A stretch of 64,000 bases of DNA from Squalus acanthias (taxonomy: Eukaryota), in contig CM059432.1 in the NCBI GenBank assembly GCA_030390025.1, forward strand, positions 20,338,001 through 20,402,000, in the 5' to 3' direction. The translations under genes and the position numbers were made by a program. The notes under the pieces are model-generated. The model saw only the letters and a list, made by a program, of their open reading frames with translations, made no database searches and had not been told where the DNA came from. Position 1 is the first letter of the stretch, and every line of letters starts with the position of its first letter. Of the stretch, positions 25,208 through 38,309 are shown one piece after another.

Positions 25208-25341
25208 TTCTGCTGTGTGAATGGAAGTCTGAAGAGCGCACTTCTGAGGACAGCTGGAAAACAGACAGGTCAAGAGAGATATTAGACATCATTCAAAAGA
25301 TACTTCTTCCTCAAGACTACAGTGAATTTATTTATTAATTA

Positions 25342-25737
25342 CAAAAGCAAAATACTGCGGATGCTGGAAATCTGAAGTAAAAACAGAAAATGCTGGGAAT
25401 ACTCAGCAGGTCAGGCAGCATCTGTGGAGAGAGAAACAGAGTTAACGTTTCAGGTCGATGACCCTTCGTTAGAACTGGAAAAAGCTGGAGATGGAATAGG
25501 TTTTTAAGCAAGTGCAGGGGCAGGGAAAGGAGGGAGGGGAGGAAAGAACAAAAGGGAAGGTCTGTGATAGGATGGAAGGCAAGAGCGATTAAGAGACAAA
25601 AGGGATGATGGTGCAAGGCAAAAGGAGATGGTAATGGGACAAGTTAAGAAACAAAAGATGGCTCTAGATGAAGTGTAAATGGCACTGGCAGAGTGAAGAC
25701 AGCTGCCATGTGAGAGAGAGAAAAAAATTAAAATGTA
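25342..25737 (-). mobile_element. Penelope family A 3' UTR/pLTR fragment
   Basis: Reverse complement of 2770-3115, with a 14-bp TSD TTATTTATTAATTA (25328-25341 / 25738-25751). Confidence 0.88.
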
Positions 25738-26459
25738 TTATTTATTAATTAGATTGCTGCAAGCTAATGTTTTAAACAACCAAGATTCAAAACTGAAGAC
25801 TAAACTGATGAGGAGAGAACTGAAGATTTTGTTTAGGATTAGGAATAGGAGAATAGAACCAACAAGTCTATCCCTTTCGGATAGAGCAACCTCACCATCT
25901 TACCATGTCCCACAATTCTCTCTCTCTCGCTCGAAATGCACTGTGTAATAAGACAGTGACAGTGTAATCCTCAAACTTGAAGCAATAATCTCATTTACAT
26001 ACTCGCATTCACATACAAGATCAACTCATATAGTCAGCACTAGGGTATAGGGAAAATCTTGAACTTTTTCCCCCCAAAAATGTGCAGTAAGCCTCTTAGG
26101 TAGTTACCATAATATTCTAGTCACTTTTTTTCACTGAGAAAATGTGGTGAAGAACAGCTGGGGAAGCCCACAGTGCGAGACATCGAAGTTGAAAACATCA
26201 ACAGAGAAGATGCTGAGGTACATCAGGAACAAGTGATTATGTAATGTCCAGCATGGGTTTCAAAACCCTGAAAAATATACAAGAGGAGTTTGGGGTTCTG
26301 GGAGAGATTCAGCTACAGCAATAAGTCTCAATTTCAACATAAGGGATTTAGGGAGAAAGATGAGCATGCAGGGTGGACTATTTGCAGCTTAGAGGGAACA
26401 GGAAAAATGGGAAAATGCAGAGTAGCAATGATCATAGTGGTATTGATAAAATAAAAACG

Positions 26460-26650
26460 GGGGAGGGTTGAGAGAGGGGAGAAAGGAGAGGGAAGGGACA
26501 GAAAGAAAGAGAGGGAGAGAGATAGAGAGAAAGAGGGGGAGGGCATGGAGAGAGAAGGGAATAGAGAGAGTGAGAGGGAGGGATGAGTGAGAGAGGGGGA
26601 GGGATGAGAGGGGAGAGGGGGAGGGATGAGGGGGGGGAGGAAGGGAGACT
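26460..26650. repeat. GA-rich polypurine tract
   Basis: Nearly pure A/G run. Confidence 0.85.
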
Positions 26651-26896
26651 TGCTTTTTACCAATTTATATCTATGGCCTCTTCTACTGTATGGAGACTTA
26701 ATGGTGCATAGATTTAACTTTTCAATCATCCTTAGCTTCTTATTTGTGGCTCCACTTCAAGGTTGACAGGTTTTAGCCTATCCTCATAACTCAATCTTCT
26801 AACACTAGGGGTCAGCCTCATGGCCCTTACTTGTTAAAATACAATGTTAGTTACCAATATCAAAATTTTGCAGAGATTCAAATATAACTGGCTGAC

Positions 26897-27525
26897 TCCA
26901 CCCCGCCTCAGTTCACCTGCTGCTGAAACCCTCATCCATGTCTTTGTTACCTCCAGACTTAACCATGCCAATGCTCTCCCAGCCAGCCTCCCATCTTCCA
27001 CCCTCCATAAACTTGAGGTCATCCAAAACTCTGCTGCCCGTATCCTAACTCGCACCAAGTCCCGTTCACCTATCACCCCTGTGCTCGCTGACCTACATTG
27101 GTTCCCAGTCCGGCAACGTCTCGATTTTAAGATTCTCATCCTTGTTTTCAAATCCCTCCATGGTCTCGCCCCTCCCTAGCTCTGTAACCTCCTCCAGCCC
27201 TACAACCCTCTGAGATCTCTGCACTCCTCCAACTCTGGCCTCTTGTGCATCCCCGATTGTAATCGCTCCACCACTGGCAGCTGCGTCTTCATCTGCCTAG
27301 GCCCTAAGCTCTGGAATTCCCTCCTTAAACCTCTCCACCTCCCTACCCTCCCTCTCCTCCTTTAAAACGCTCCTCAAAACCTACCTCTTTGACCAAGCTT
27401 TTGGTCATCTGTCCTAACATCTCCTTACTTGGCTCGGTGTCAAATTCTGGTTGATAATCGCTTCTGTGAAGCACCTTGGGATGTTTTACTACGTTAAAGG
27501 CACTATATAAATGCAAGTTGTTTTA
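26897..27525 (+). mobile_element. L2 LINE 3' fragment
   Basis: ORF ETLIHVFVTSRL...QNSAARILTRTKSRSPITPVLADLHW, with tail TATATAAATGCAAGTTGTT. Confidence 0.9.
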
Positions 27526-28169
27526 TATGAAAAAAAGCCTCAAAAAGTCAAACTTGACATATGTTTATTACAACCTACATTGATAGTTAGAGAATCAAGA
27601 GCCAAACTTCACACCATATTTATGAACTACAAATTGAAAATTCCTATCAAATACATTTTGCAATATTTGGGCAGGTCCCAGCTATCACAAAATTTAACAT
27701 TTCTGGAAAAGATGTAAATAGGCCTTCATCAGACACATGTTAAGAAAACAGAGTTTAGTTGGAGAGAGCTGGATGAAACCAATGGCCTTCTCTTGTTCTT
27801 ATTGTATTCACTGTGGGGAAGCTGCAAAAGGTGTTGATGAAAGACATTAATAACATTAATGATTAATGGAATATTTGAGAGGTCGTAAAAGGCATTACAG
27901 CCGAGTAATATGACAAATACCAGTAAGTGTTAATGGTGAAATAATTAGAGCACAATGCAGTTTTTGAAGGGATAGTACTTCTGAATAAGGGGCGATTGGA
28001 GAGATATGGTCTGTGGCAGCTACTTTATTATTTGTATATTCAAGACTGCTGGGGTTGAATGATGCAGCTGCTTTTTAATGAAAGCAGTGCCTTGGATTTT
28101 AGTAAAATCCATGTACGCTATACCATTGTGAAATGTAATTGAAATATTACATTCACAGGAATAAAAATG

Positions 28170-28700
28170 AGAGAGAGAAAAAGAGAGAAAGAAGAGAGAG
28201 AAAGAAAGAGCGAAAGAAAGAGCAAGAAAGAGAGAAAGAAAGAGAAAGAGAGAAAGAAAGAGCATTTATATAGCACCTTTCACAACCTCAGGACATCCCA
28301 AAGCACTTGACAGCTAATGTAGTACTTTTGAAGTGTAGTCACTGTTGTAATGTAGGGTAAGACGGCAACCAATTTGTGCACAGCAAGGTCCCACAAACAG
28401 CAATGAGATATTGACCAGATAATCTGTTTTAGTGCGGTTGATTGAGGGATCAATATCGGTCAGGACATTGAGGAGAACTCCTCTGCTCTTCTTCGTATAG
28501 TGCTATGAAATCATTTATGTCCACCTGAGAGGGGAGATGGGGCCTCGGAATATCATCTCATCCAAAAGAAGGCACCTTCCGACATTAGAGTACCCCCTCA
28601 GTACTGCACTGAAGTGTCAGCCTAGATTATGTGCTCAGTCTCAAGATTGGGAATTGAATCCACAGCCTTCTGATTCAGAAGCGAAAATGCCACCGCTGAA
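28170..28700 (-). mobile_element. DeuSINE with expanded (TCTT/TC)n tail
   Basis: Reverse complement of the SINE at 21569. GA-rich tail at 28170-28262. Confidence 0.8.
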
Positions 28701-29656
28701 ACCATTATATCTGGACATTATTCCCCGTTGTCAATTTTTTCTCTTTTGGCAGGTTGCAGAAAATGATCAACATACTCAAGAGTCACCAAACCGCTAATAA
28801 TGCACAGGTTGAGTTGCTGTTTGCTCAACGTGGAGTGCATGTAGTAACACGCCCATTCCTCCAAATTACTTAAGTCCAGAGATCTTGGGCAGATTGGTAA
28901 CAGCCAAGTCATGGAGACCCCCAATGTAAACAGATGTACTGCTAGAGCTTAATCAGCTAAAACCATGTAGCACAGAGCACTGTTGACCAGAGGAGGCTCA
29001 CAGAGGACAACACGCTGGCTGATCCCCAAAGTCAGACCCTTGAGCAACAGCTTGATGAACGAGACTCTTCAGTGAGATTTTAATACTTCATGACAGAGAA
29101 CTCAAACCCATTCAGATACTCGACAAGAGGGCACAGGTTCAAGGTTGTGAATGACAAGTTTAGAACATACAATCAAAAATATTTCTTTACACAGAAGATG
29201 ATCAGCAACTGGAATGAATTGCCGAGTAGAATTGCCGAGTAGAATTGCCGAGTAGAATGATCGAGGCTAGGGTAGCGAAATCATTTTAGATCAATTAGAT
29301 GCTGCAATGGAAATCAGCAGGGTTAGTATTCTGGAAAGGCGAGATTAAATGGGTTAAAAGGGCTTCTTGGTCCCGATCTATTTTATGAAGCGAAAACAAA
29401 ATGGAGAAAATAAACTTGAAGTAACTCCATTAATCCTCACTCCATTCAAAACCTCCCCCCATCCAGTTTTAGATCCGGCAAAAGACAACAACGCTAGAGG
29501 ATCGCTCTTAAATTCTAGTTTAACCTTTACCTACATACATTTTATGTGTTGTAAGTGCAATCAAATGCTTTGCTTTGAAGATAGATGAGGTTGGTATGCC
29601 CGTGATGGGTAGGGTTAAAGTAAACATACCTCAAGCATGGGCGAGATTGACTATTG

Positions 29657-30004
29657 TTATAGCACCAGAGAGCCCCAGGTGGGCAGAGGAAACGCTTCAA
29701 GGACACCCTCAAAGCGTCCTTGAAAAAGTGCAACATCCCCACCGACACCTGGGAATCCCTGGCCCAAGACTGCACAAAGTGGAGGAGAAGCATCTGGGAA
29801 GGCACCGAACACCTCGAGTCTCTTCGCCTGGAGCAAGCGGAAGCCAAACGCAAGCATCAACCCAAGCACCCCACCCATCCGTTCAACCATCGTCTGCCCC
29901 ACCTGTGACAGAGACTGTAGGTCCCGCATTGGACTCATCAGTCACCTGAGAACTCATTTTTAATGTGGAAGCAAGTTATCCTCAGTTCTAAGAGAGAGAG
30001 AGAG
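29657..30004 (+). mobile_element. RTE-clade LINE 3' end
   Basis: Encodes RAPGGQRKRFKDTLKASLKKCNIPTDTWESLAQD..KWR plus a C-terminal CPTCDR..SH zinc-finger remnant. Confidence 0.8.
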
Positions 30005-32399
30005 CACATTGTTATTACTCTGCAACTCAGTGTGTTACACTTGACCCTGGAGTGTTTAATGCCAATATTGGATACCCAAGATGAAAAGTGTCCCTTTCTC
30101 TAGTACTAACATCCTTCAGCTTGATATTCATAAAACATGGTAAAAAGGAGATAAAATGTAGTGAAATCTACTGCCCACTTCTGAACCATGAAAGGCAGTA
30201 AAAAAACAAAGGAAAGCTTAAAGTAAAGTAGGAAGATCAATCACACCACTTCATCCTTGAAAATTTGAAGTAAAGGAGGATATGATACTGGACCCAGCAA
30301 CTTATCAACTCATTGCTAAGCTCAATGTCACAAAAATGATAGGCTTCAAAGGCAAGTATTTAAAAAGTCACAAATAACAAGGGTTTAGAAGAGTATACAT
30401 TATTTTATACAGACCAACACTTACTTTAAACCTCATTATGGAGCAAAGGTCTGGTCAGACTCCTCGACGGTATAATACTAAATTCCCTGCACTTACGCAT
30501 GGAAATCTGAGCAAATTCGATACCAATCCAGATTTTAACCTTGCTTTGCAGCAAAATCAAAATGCACAGGGATGCTAACCCTACAACGTATCAGGGTGAA
30601 AACAGGTAAACTCCTAACTTTGAGGCAGGAATTTTAAAACAACTGGCTCCTCGTTCCTTTGAGAGTGGCGTTCATCGGGCATGGCTGGATTATTAGTGAT
30701 AGGGAAGTAAAGACAGTATGAGGAGCAGCAGAATGAGAAGCTGCTTCCATGAGACATTGGCAGATAGACTTTTCCAATTAAGGATACAGTGGGTGGTGGG
30801 GAGGAAACAGCTGTTGGCCAATTTGACTGGGGAGTCAAAGTTCTGTCAAGTTGTTCCCACGGCAACATCAGACAGCCACCCTCCTTTCCCACTTGGTGAA
30901 AACTTCCCAGTGATTTTGTTTAGTTTTAGTGTAGGGGAACTATCTGTTAGTGAATCTAGCCTTTCAGAAAGAAACTGGACATCAGTTTTGGTGTACCTTA
31001 TGAAGAAACTATGAATGCAAGGAATAGAAAGGTTCGCTCAGAGTTTCTTCTCTCGTCCCTAAAAGTGCCAACTCAAGCTAGAATTCAATTCCTTGTGGCC
31101 CATCCGTCCTCTTGTGCATTACTCAAGTGCTCATTTCTCTTACTTCAGCCTACATAGCAAGGGTTGGTAGACAATGCAATTGCTGAAGACTTCACGGCCA
31201 AGCTGAAGCTTCTTCCTCACCCAACATCCATGCAGGTGCAGTTTGCTGCAGCTGTCATTGGGCAACAATCGAGAACACAGGAACCCTGGCGGATAATTCT
31301 ACTGCCGAGCCATGGGCTCAGGCGTCAGTTGCAGCGCAGTACTGCTGCCCTGGCCAATGTATTTACACATGGGGACAAGGAAGTGCTTGACGCAAAGCTG
31401 CATCCCTCAAAGACATAGTGCTTTGTTTGAATAATGATTCTGTCTGTGATCATTTTACTATGCATGCTCGTCAATAGGCTCTTGCAAAATAACCATTCAC
31501 TTGAGATCAGGGATATTTGGCACAGGCACTCAGCAAATATCCTGTGTATTATTAGACCTATTGGTAGATACTTGGTCGATTTAGTCCTTTCTATGTGGGC
31601 TGGATTATGTTGCCCCAAGGAAATAAACTACTTACATGATTGATTTGCTTAAAATCACATTTAATGTGCAATTAATTGCACCTCAAAATGTGCAGTACAC
31701 TTTTCTCCATGACAAAGGAGGCAGGTGCAGTATTGGCAGGTACAGGAAAGATAATGTTTCAAAGTTTTATTCACAGTATGGCAATAATAAATCACAATTA
31801 CAGTCGACACTTTAGCTAATTTGCTATTTCAAAAAGAAAATCCGATTTGGCTGGCGTTGTACAGATACAGAATGGCGAGGTTATCTCTCTCTGGGGCTGG
31901 GCCACCACCCCCTCCCTACATGTGGAGACACCAAACACCGGTTCAGAGTTTAGCTGTGTTTGTAGTGAATTGGACTGGTTTACTGTAAACTGTACAGGAG
32001 GTGCAGTTCCAGGTGAACAAAGCAGCAAAGCACAGCATCACATTAAGAGCATATTGAACTCCCTACTGCGTGCGTGGGCCAGAATAAATTGCAACTCATA
32101 TCAAATTCTGTGATGAGGCTGTGCTTCACAATATCCTGCATACAATTCTGAACAGCAGTGCAGCACTCAATGTGCTTTACATACCGCAAACCCCATGAAG
32201 AAGTGAGCAGCAGAAAGGAAATGCATTTTAAAGATTTTTTTTACTGACAAATCTCGGTGACGGGCTAAACCCACCAAGATAGGGGAGAAACTGTGGTGTT
32301 AAAAGAGAGTGTTAAGGTGATGTCAAGCTTAGAACTAAAACCCTGTAGATTAGGCTGGCCAGTGCCTCACAAACTGCATGTGTCTCTTTTTTTCATAAA

Positions 32400-32730
32400 T
32401 GGTGTTCAAATACCTCCGTGGCCTCGACCCTCCCTATCTCTGTATCCTCCTCCAGCCCTACAATCCTCCAAGATCTCTGCGCTCTTCCAATCCTGGCATC
32501 CCCGATTTCAATCGCTCCACCATTGGCGGCTGTGCCTTCAGCTGCCTAGGCCCTACGCTTTGCAATTCCCTCCCTAAACTTCTCCACATCTCGATCTCAC
32601 CCTCCTCCTTTAAGTCGCTCCTTAAAACCTACCTCTTTGACCTGTCCCAATATCCCTTTACATGGCTCGGTGTCAAATTTTGTCTGATAATCGTTCCTGT
32701 GAAGCGCCTTGGGACATTTTTACTATGTTA
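32400..32730 (+). mobile_element. L2 3' fragment
   Basis: Matches 27145-27495. Confidence 0.85.
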
Positions 32731-33090
32731 AACATAGAAACATAGAAGATAGGAGCAGGAGTAGGCCATTCGGCCCCTCGAGCCTGCTCCGCCATTCAAT
32801 GAGATCATGGCTGATCATCCAATCTCAGTACCCTGTACCTGCCTTCTCCCCATATCCCTTGATACCTTTAGCTTTAAGAAATATATCTAACTCATTCTTG
32901 AATATATTTAATGACTTGGCCTCAACTACCTTCTGTGGTAGAGAATTCCACAGGTTCACCACTCTCTGGTGAAGAAATTCCTCCTCATTTCTGTCCGAAA
33001 TGGCTTACCCCTTATCCTTAGATTATGACCCCTGGTTCTGGACTCTCCGACCATCGGGAACATTCTTCTGCATCTAGTTTGTCCAGACCT
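32730..33090 (-). mobile_element. CR1 3' fragment
   Basis: CATAGAAA tail and hairpin GGAGCAGGAGTAGGCCATTCGGCCC. Confidence 0.85.
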
Positions 33091-34564
33091 GGTTTATCTT
33101 CGAATTCAGTGGTCTAGCATGTTGTTGTTGAAGCACAACCCAAGCACTGAATCCTGTTGAGAGATGCAGGTCATTATAATAAAGCAAGTCGGCTTCCTTC
33201 CATTCTGAACCACCAACATTATGTTTTGAATGAATTACGTATGAGTGAATGTGCTTTGCCCCAAAAGTATCACCATCTCAGCTCGTGAACACTTGGCTTT
33301 TAACCAAACTGGCTTCTGACCAAGCAAGCAAGCGCCACTGCCACAGACCTGGCGTGTGCTGCCACCTCTGCAGCAGCAAAGCAACCAGATGCTGCCCAGG
33401 GTTAATGGAACGGGCTAATGCCAGCGACTGCGTGAAAGAGATGGATTGAGAGGAGGGGAGCGAGAGAAAGAAAGGGAGAAATGAATGTGAGAGAAAGAAA
33501 GTAAAAGCACACCAGAAAGAGCAAGAAAAAGGAAAAAGAGAGAAAGGGAGCAGATTGAGAAAGTGAGGAGACAGAGATGAAGATGGAAAGGGAGATTGAG
33601 GGGGTGAGAAAAGTGAGGCAGAGTGGTGGGAATGCGCAATGTGTACAAGAGAGTTCAATCTTATTATCTAATATTTAAAAAATATTTATCAACAAATCAT
33701 GCCAAAATCCCAATTTCTTCCACTGACTGCTGTGTAAGTTGTAGATACAGAGAGAATGGCAGTGAACTACGTTCCAAATCTGTGGTTCTTTGTTGGGTTC
33801 CAATTTCTTTTTCTGGCTTGAGCGTTCGACAGACCAGCCACAGTTGCTGTTAGTTTCAAGGGAAGCATCAGGGTAAGAAGTTCCAGAGTTTGGGAAACGC
33901 CCAGTTAGAGAGGGAGATGATGCGATGAGTCTCGTGATTTTACTGCAATGAGGATATAGGGAAGAGGCACAGGAGGAAGAAGAATGTTCAGGTTGGCTTT
34001 TTTGGAGCTTAGAAAACGCGAGAGGGAAGTCATTTTGATTGTCTCAACTTCAGCAGCCCCTTGTGTTACTGCATACCATATTCTAATAACATTCTGCGTG
34101 AAAGAATTTCTTCAACTCTCCCCTTTTATACTACTAGTATGAATCCTAGCTTTCGCCTTCCCTTTCGCTGACTACGAAAATTAAATTTTCACGATTTAAC
34201 CTTTTAAATCCTTTCAAAACTCATTCACTAGCTTATCCCCCCCCCCCCCCCCCAAACCTCCTTTGTTGTCGATCTTTCAAACATTCCACATAGCTTGAAC
34301 ACTCATGCACCATGCAGGGATTTGATTTCAGCTTTCCTTGGCACCCGGCACAGGCACGATGGGCTGAATGGCCTCCTTCTGTGCTATAGGATTCTATGAT
34401 CCGAAAGCAATGTTTTTATGCAGTAAAGTGCTCACACCAAGCAGAAAATGCTCTTAACATCAGACTGCGCTGCTTCAGGCCACCTTCTAAACTTGTAACA
34501 TAGCTACCACTCTGTGCCATGTTTCTCATCTTATAACTGGAGCCATTTAAAAGCACAACTTACA

Positions 34565-34990
34565 CATAAGAACATAAGAAATAGGAGCAGGAGAAGGCCA
34601 TACTCAAGCATGTTCCGCCATTCAATAAGATCATGGCTGATCTTCAACCTCAACTCCACTTTCCCGCACTATCCCCATATCCCTTGGGAGTCCAAAAATC
34701 TATCATCTCTGTCTTGAATATACTCATCGACTGAGCATCCACAGCCCTCTGGGGTAGAGAATTCCAAAGATTCACAACCATCTGAGTGAAGAAATTCCTC
34801 CTCATCTCAGTCCTAAATGGCCGACCCCTTATCCGGAGACTATCCCTCTAGTTCTAGACTCCCCAGCCAGGGGAAACAGCCTCTCAGCATCTCCCCTGTC
34901 AAGCCCTCTCAGAATCTTATATGTTTCAATAAGATCACCTCACATTCTTCTAAACTCCAGAGAATATAAGCCCATTCTACTCAATATCTC
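34565..34990 (-). mobile_element. CR1 3' fragment
   Basis: CATAAGAA tail. Matches 15290-15730. Confidence 0.85.
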
Positions 34991-36314
34991 ATGGTGCAGG
35001 GATGAAGAAACAGCGACGATGGGTACATTTGTATTAGTGCTGGAGACACGTGAAAGTGACGCTCAATGCGAGGCCTGCAACCACTTATTTTTTTATTTTG
35101 TGACCGATCCTCGTTCGAAGTTCAAGAAGCAGAGGCCGTGCCTTTTTTGTCATCCTTGATCTCTACTGTCAAGTCCCAACAGAGGCACCAAGTTTATCTC
35201 CTTTACACCAACGGTTGTCAAGCTTTTGACTGGGGCGGGGAAGGGGAAACACAATTCAAATAGTCACATACTCTCAGCAAGCCTTTACAAGTATTGACTC
35301 GCTCCCAGGGGCCCCGATACTAACCTTCAAATGACAGTGCTAGCTCGCGAAAGGAAAAGAGGCTTTCATTGCAACAAAAAAAATGATGAGTATGCAACAA
35401 CCCAGAAATAACGTGCGAGTAAGTCAACAAGTACAGGAAAATTTAGAAATCTGATGAGATGAACAGAAACCTGACCTCGAGGCCCTCCGCACAGATTCCT
35501 TAGAGTACGGCGACCTCAGTTTGAAAACGTACAACGTGCCGGGGGTCGGGGGAAGGGGGGGATGGAAACACAACCACAAACCTGCTGCCAACATCAGCAC
35601 TATTGGTATAAAAAAGTGACGAACGGCTGTAAGCAGGCACTGGACTTAACAAGTGAATGAGATTCACTGGAGTCTGATTTGGTCCTGTCGAATCTCAATT
35701 ATTTGGGTTTGCATCAATCTGAAATAAGCCACACGGTTCCAAATATTTGAATGCATTTACAAGGTGTCTGAAATCATTTTGGTTACAAATCTCACTCTTA
35801 ATTTACGAATAAGTGGCCATAATGGCCTGACTCACAGATCGAGCTTTCAGAAGACGCGTCTCTTCCACCTTCATGTGAACCACGCATTGCTGCCACTTAA
35901 AGACGATCAGCAACAGCCCACCTAAAATTGCCTGCTCTGCGTATGTACTTAAGAAAACATTAGTGCACATACGTGGAGATCAGAAGAGGATAGGATGCTG
36001 TAAGAAAGCTGGGCTTTGAAATCCTGGTAATTATATGCCGAGGAACCAGCCTTCCACCTTCCAACAGAGAGACTAAGAAAGACTCCTACTTCTGCCAAAG
36101 ACAAAGTAAATCTCTACTTCTGAGTGACTCACATGTCAGAACAGCAAGGGGGGGGAGAAGGAAGGACTAATGGTAATGTAGTTATGCCCATAATTAGTAG
36201 GATCTGTGGACTGACATAGAGCCAGCTCCAACTGCCTGCATGTCATCACCAAAATGACGTGAGCAGGCAGATGCATGAACAAACTCAGTGCATGTCGTGG
36301 GTCAGTACAGGAGA

Positions 36315-36773
36315 AAGAAAGAAAGACTTGCATTTATGTACTGCCTTTCATTACCTCAGGACATCCCAAAGCGCTTTACAGCCAATGAAGTACTTTTGAA
36401 GTATATTCACTGTTGTAATGTCGGAAACGTGGCAGCCAATTTGGCACAGCAAGCTCCCACTAACAGCAATGTGATAATGACCAGATAATCGGTTTTTAGT
36501 GGTGTTGGTTGAGGAATAAATAATGGCCAGGACACCGGGGAGAACTCCCCTGCTCTTCTTCGAAATAGTGCAATGGGATCTTTCAATTCCACCTGAGAGA
36601 GCAGACGAGGCCTCGGTTTAACGTCTCATCAGAAAGACTCTGTCAGTGCAGTACTCCTTCAGTACTGCCCTGGAGTGTCAGACTAAATTTTTGTACTCAA
36701 CTTGCTGCGTCATGACTTGAACCCACAACCTTCTGACACAGGCGAGTGTGCTACAAACTGAGCCATGGCCGAC
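36315..36773 (-). mobile_element. DeuSINE, full length
   Basis: Reverse complement of the 60660-61120 SINE. Confidence 0.88.
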
Positions 36774-37374
36774 ACTGGGAGGCACCTAGCCCAGCAGGAG
36801 ACGGCAAGACACAAAAATCTGTGATACCGTTGGGTTCAAGTCATTTATACTTGAGTGCATTTGATGGAAGTAGAACCAAAGGCATGACTCAATGGCACTC
36901 CCTCAAAGTAAAAGTGCCCACACACTGCATTACATGGTCAGCTTCCAGTGTGTTGGTTAAAAAGCTGCACGTGGCTCTAAAGCCCTTCTGTTTTAATTAC
37001 TACCAGAACTGCATTCCTACCGTGTTTCACACCCGCTTTGGACTCAATTAGTCATGGAAACTTTTTGCTGGTTCAAGTCTTGACCTTGCTGCTTTAACTG
37101 ATGGCGCAGCATGTGCTACAGGGAGCATGATTCACATCACAAGGCAGTACATAAATGTAAGGCTGCAACCTATGGTGTTGTTTGCCAGCCATTTAATCTG
37201 TTTCCTGGCCCACAATGTGCTTTTTTCCTTAAAAAAAAAATGGTGTTCCCAGTGTAGATGTTACTTCCGAGACACTTTTAGATTTGCTGCTTTTGTAGTC
37301 AGCACCACGCTGTTCACCTATTTTACATTCAGTGCGAAAACTGTTTCTGTAAGTGCACTGGGCTCGGCTTTAAA

Positions 37375-37572
37375 ACTTGCATTTCCGCAGCATCTTTCAT
37401 GATCTCAGGACGTCCCAAAGTGCTTTACTTCTGAATTGTAGTCACTGCTGCAATGTAGGGAACACCAATTTGCACACAGCAAGCTCCCACAAACAGCAGT
37501 GAAATAAATGACCAGATCATCTGTTTTCGGCATTGGTTCAGGGATAAATGCCGGCCAGAACACCAGGAGAAC
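37375..37572 (-). mobile_element. DeuSINE 3' fragment
   Basis: Partial match to the SINE core and tail. Confidence 0.7.
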
Positions 37573-37759
37573 TTGCTAAGCCACATACAGGCCCAGCTCT
37601 TAGTTTACATTGTTAAAACGGGCTCCTTTATTCAAACAGTAGAAAATTATAACCGTATTTTCATAAGTCTACAATTCCAACTGATAGAGAAACCAAGCGT
37701 GTCTAAACAATGGAATACAGCTGAAGGAGGGAGACTTGATCTATTGTGCAATCTTCTGC

Positions 37760-38090
37760 AGTCTGGTCGGTCTTCTTTTCGTGCCTTCTCGCTGTTCCCT
37801 TTGGAAGGATTTGCAGACTGTAACAGGACTGGCCGTGTTAACGCTCCTTCCATGGCCGTAACCATCTTTATACCAGCCGATAGGGTGGTTAGTCCTATAC
37901 GGCGGGAGGGTTTTTATGAGCACCCACACCCACCGGATGCGAGTATCCCACTGGATGTCAACCCAGAATTCAAAGCCAATTAAGTACGTTTTCCGACTCT
38001 GACTCCACTCGCCGGGACTGTCTGGAGTGGGGTTCGAACCCTGCACCTTCTGGCCCAGAGGCGGGAATGCTACCACTGCCCCCAAAGGCT
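37760..38090 (-). mobile_element. tRNA-headed SINE with a different body
   Basis: Minus strand GGCAGTGGTAGCATTCCCGCCTCTGGGCCAGAAGGTGCAGGGTTCGAACCCCACTCCAG (A and B boxes), followed by a CpG-rich non-Deu body. The 3' end is uncertain. Confidence 0.6.
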
Positions 38091-38309
38091 CACTCCTCCA
38101 GTTGGATGGAGTGTCTGAATCGTGAACTTACAGTGGAGGGTGTGTTAGCTGCTGCAATCTTCCTTTTAGAAATGAGCTTTCACATGCCCAAGCTCAAATC
38201 AGACTCTAACAGCGTGACATTTTTTTCCATTTACACACCAACCACCTTGGGACAATTCTGAGTAAGAGTGCCAATTAGTGCCAAATGAGAGATATCCATG
38301 CCCACTAAG

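Noticed and set aside
26334..26729. Ser/Leu/Pro/Phe-rich ORFs (also 28020, 33278, 51144)
   Set aside because: Low-complexity translations of GA/TC tracts.
29216..29257. Triple GAATTGCCGAGTA repeat
   Set aside because: Local slippage inside an old CR1 tail. No spacers, so not CRISPR-like.
30700..31400. Possible ancient SINE remnants
   Set aside because: Too degraded to assign boundaries or family by eye.
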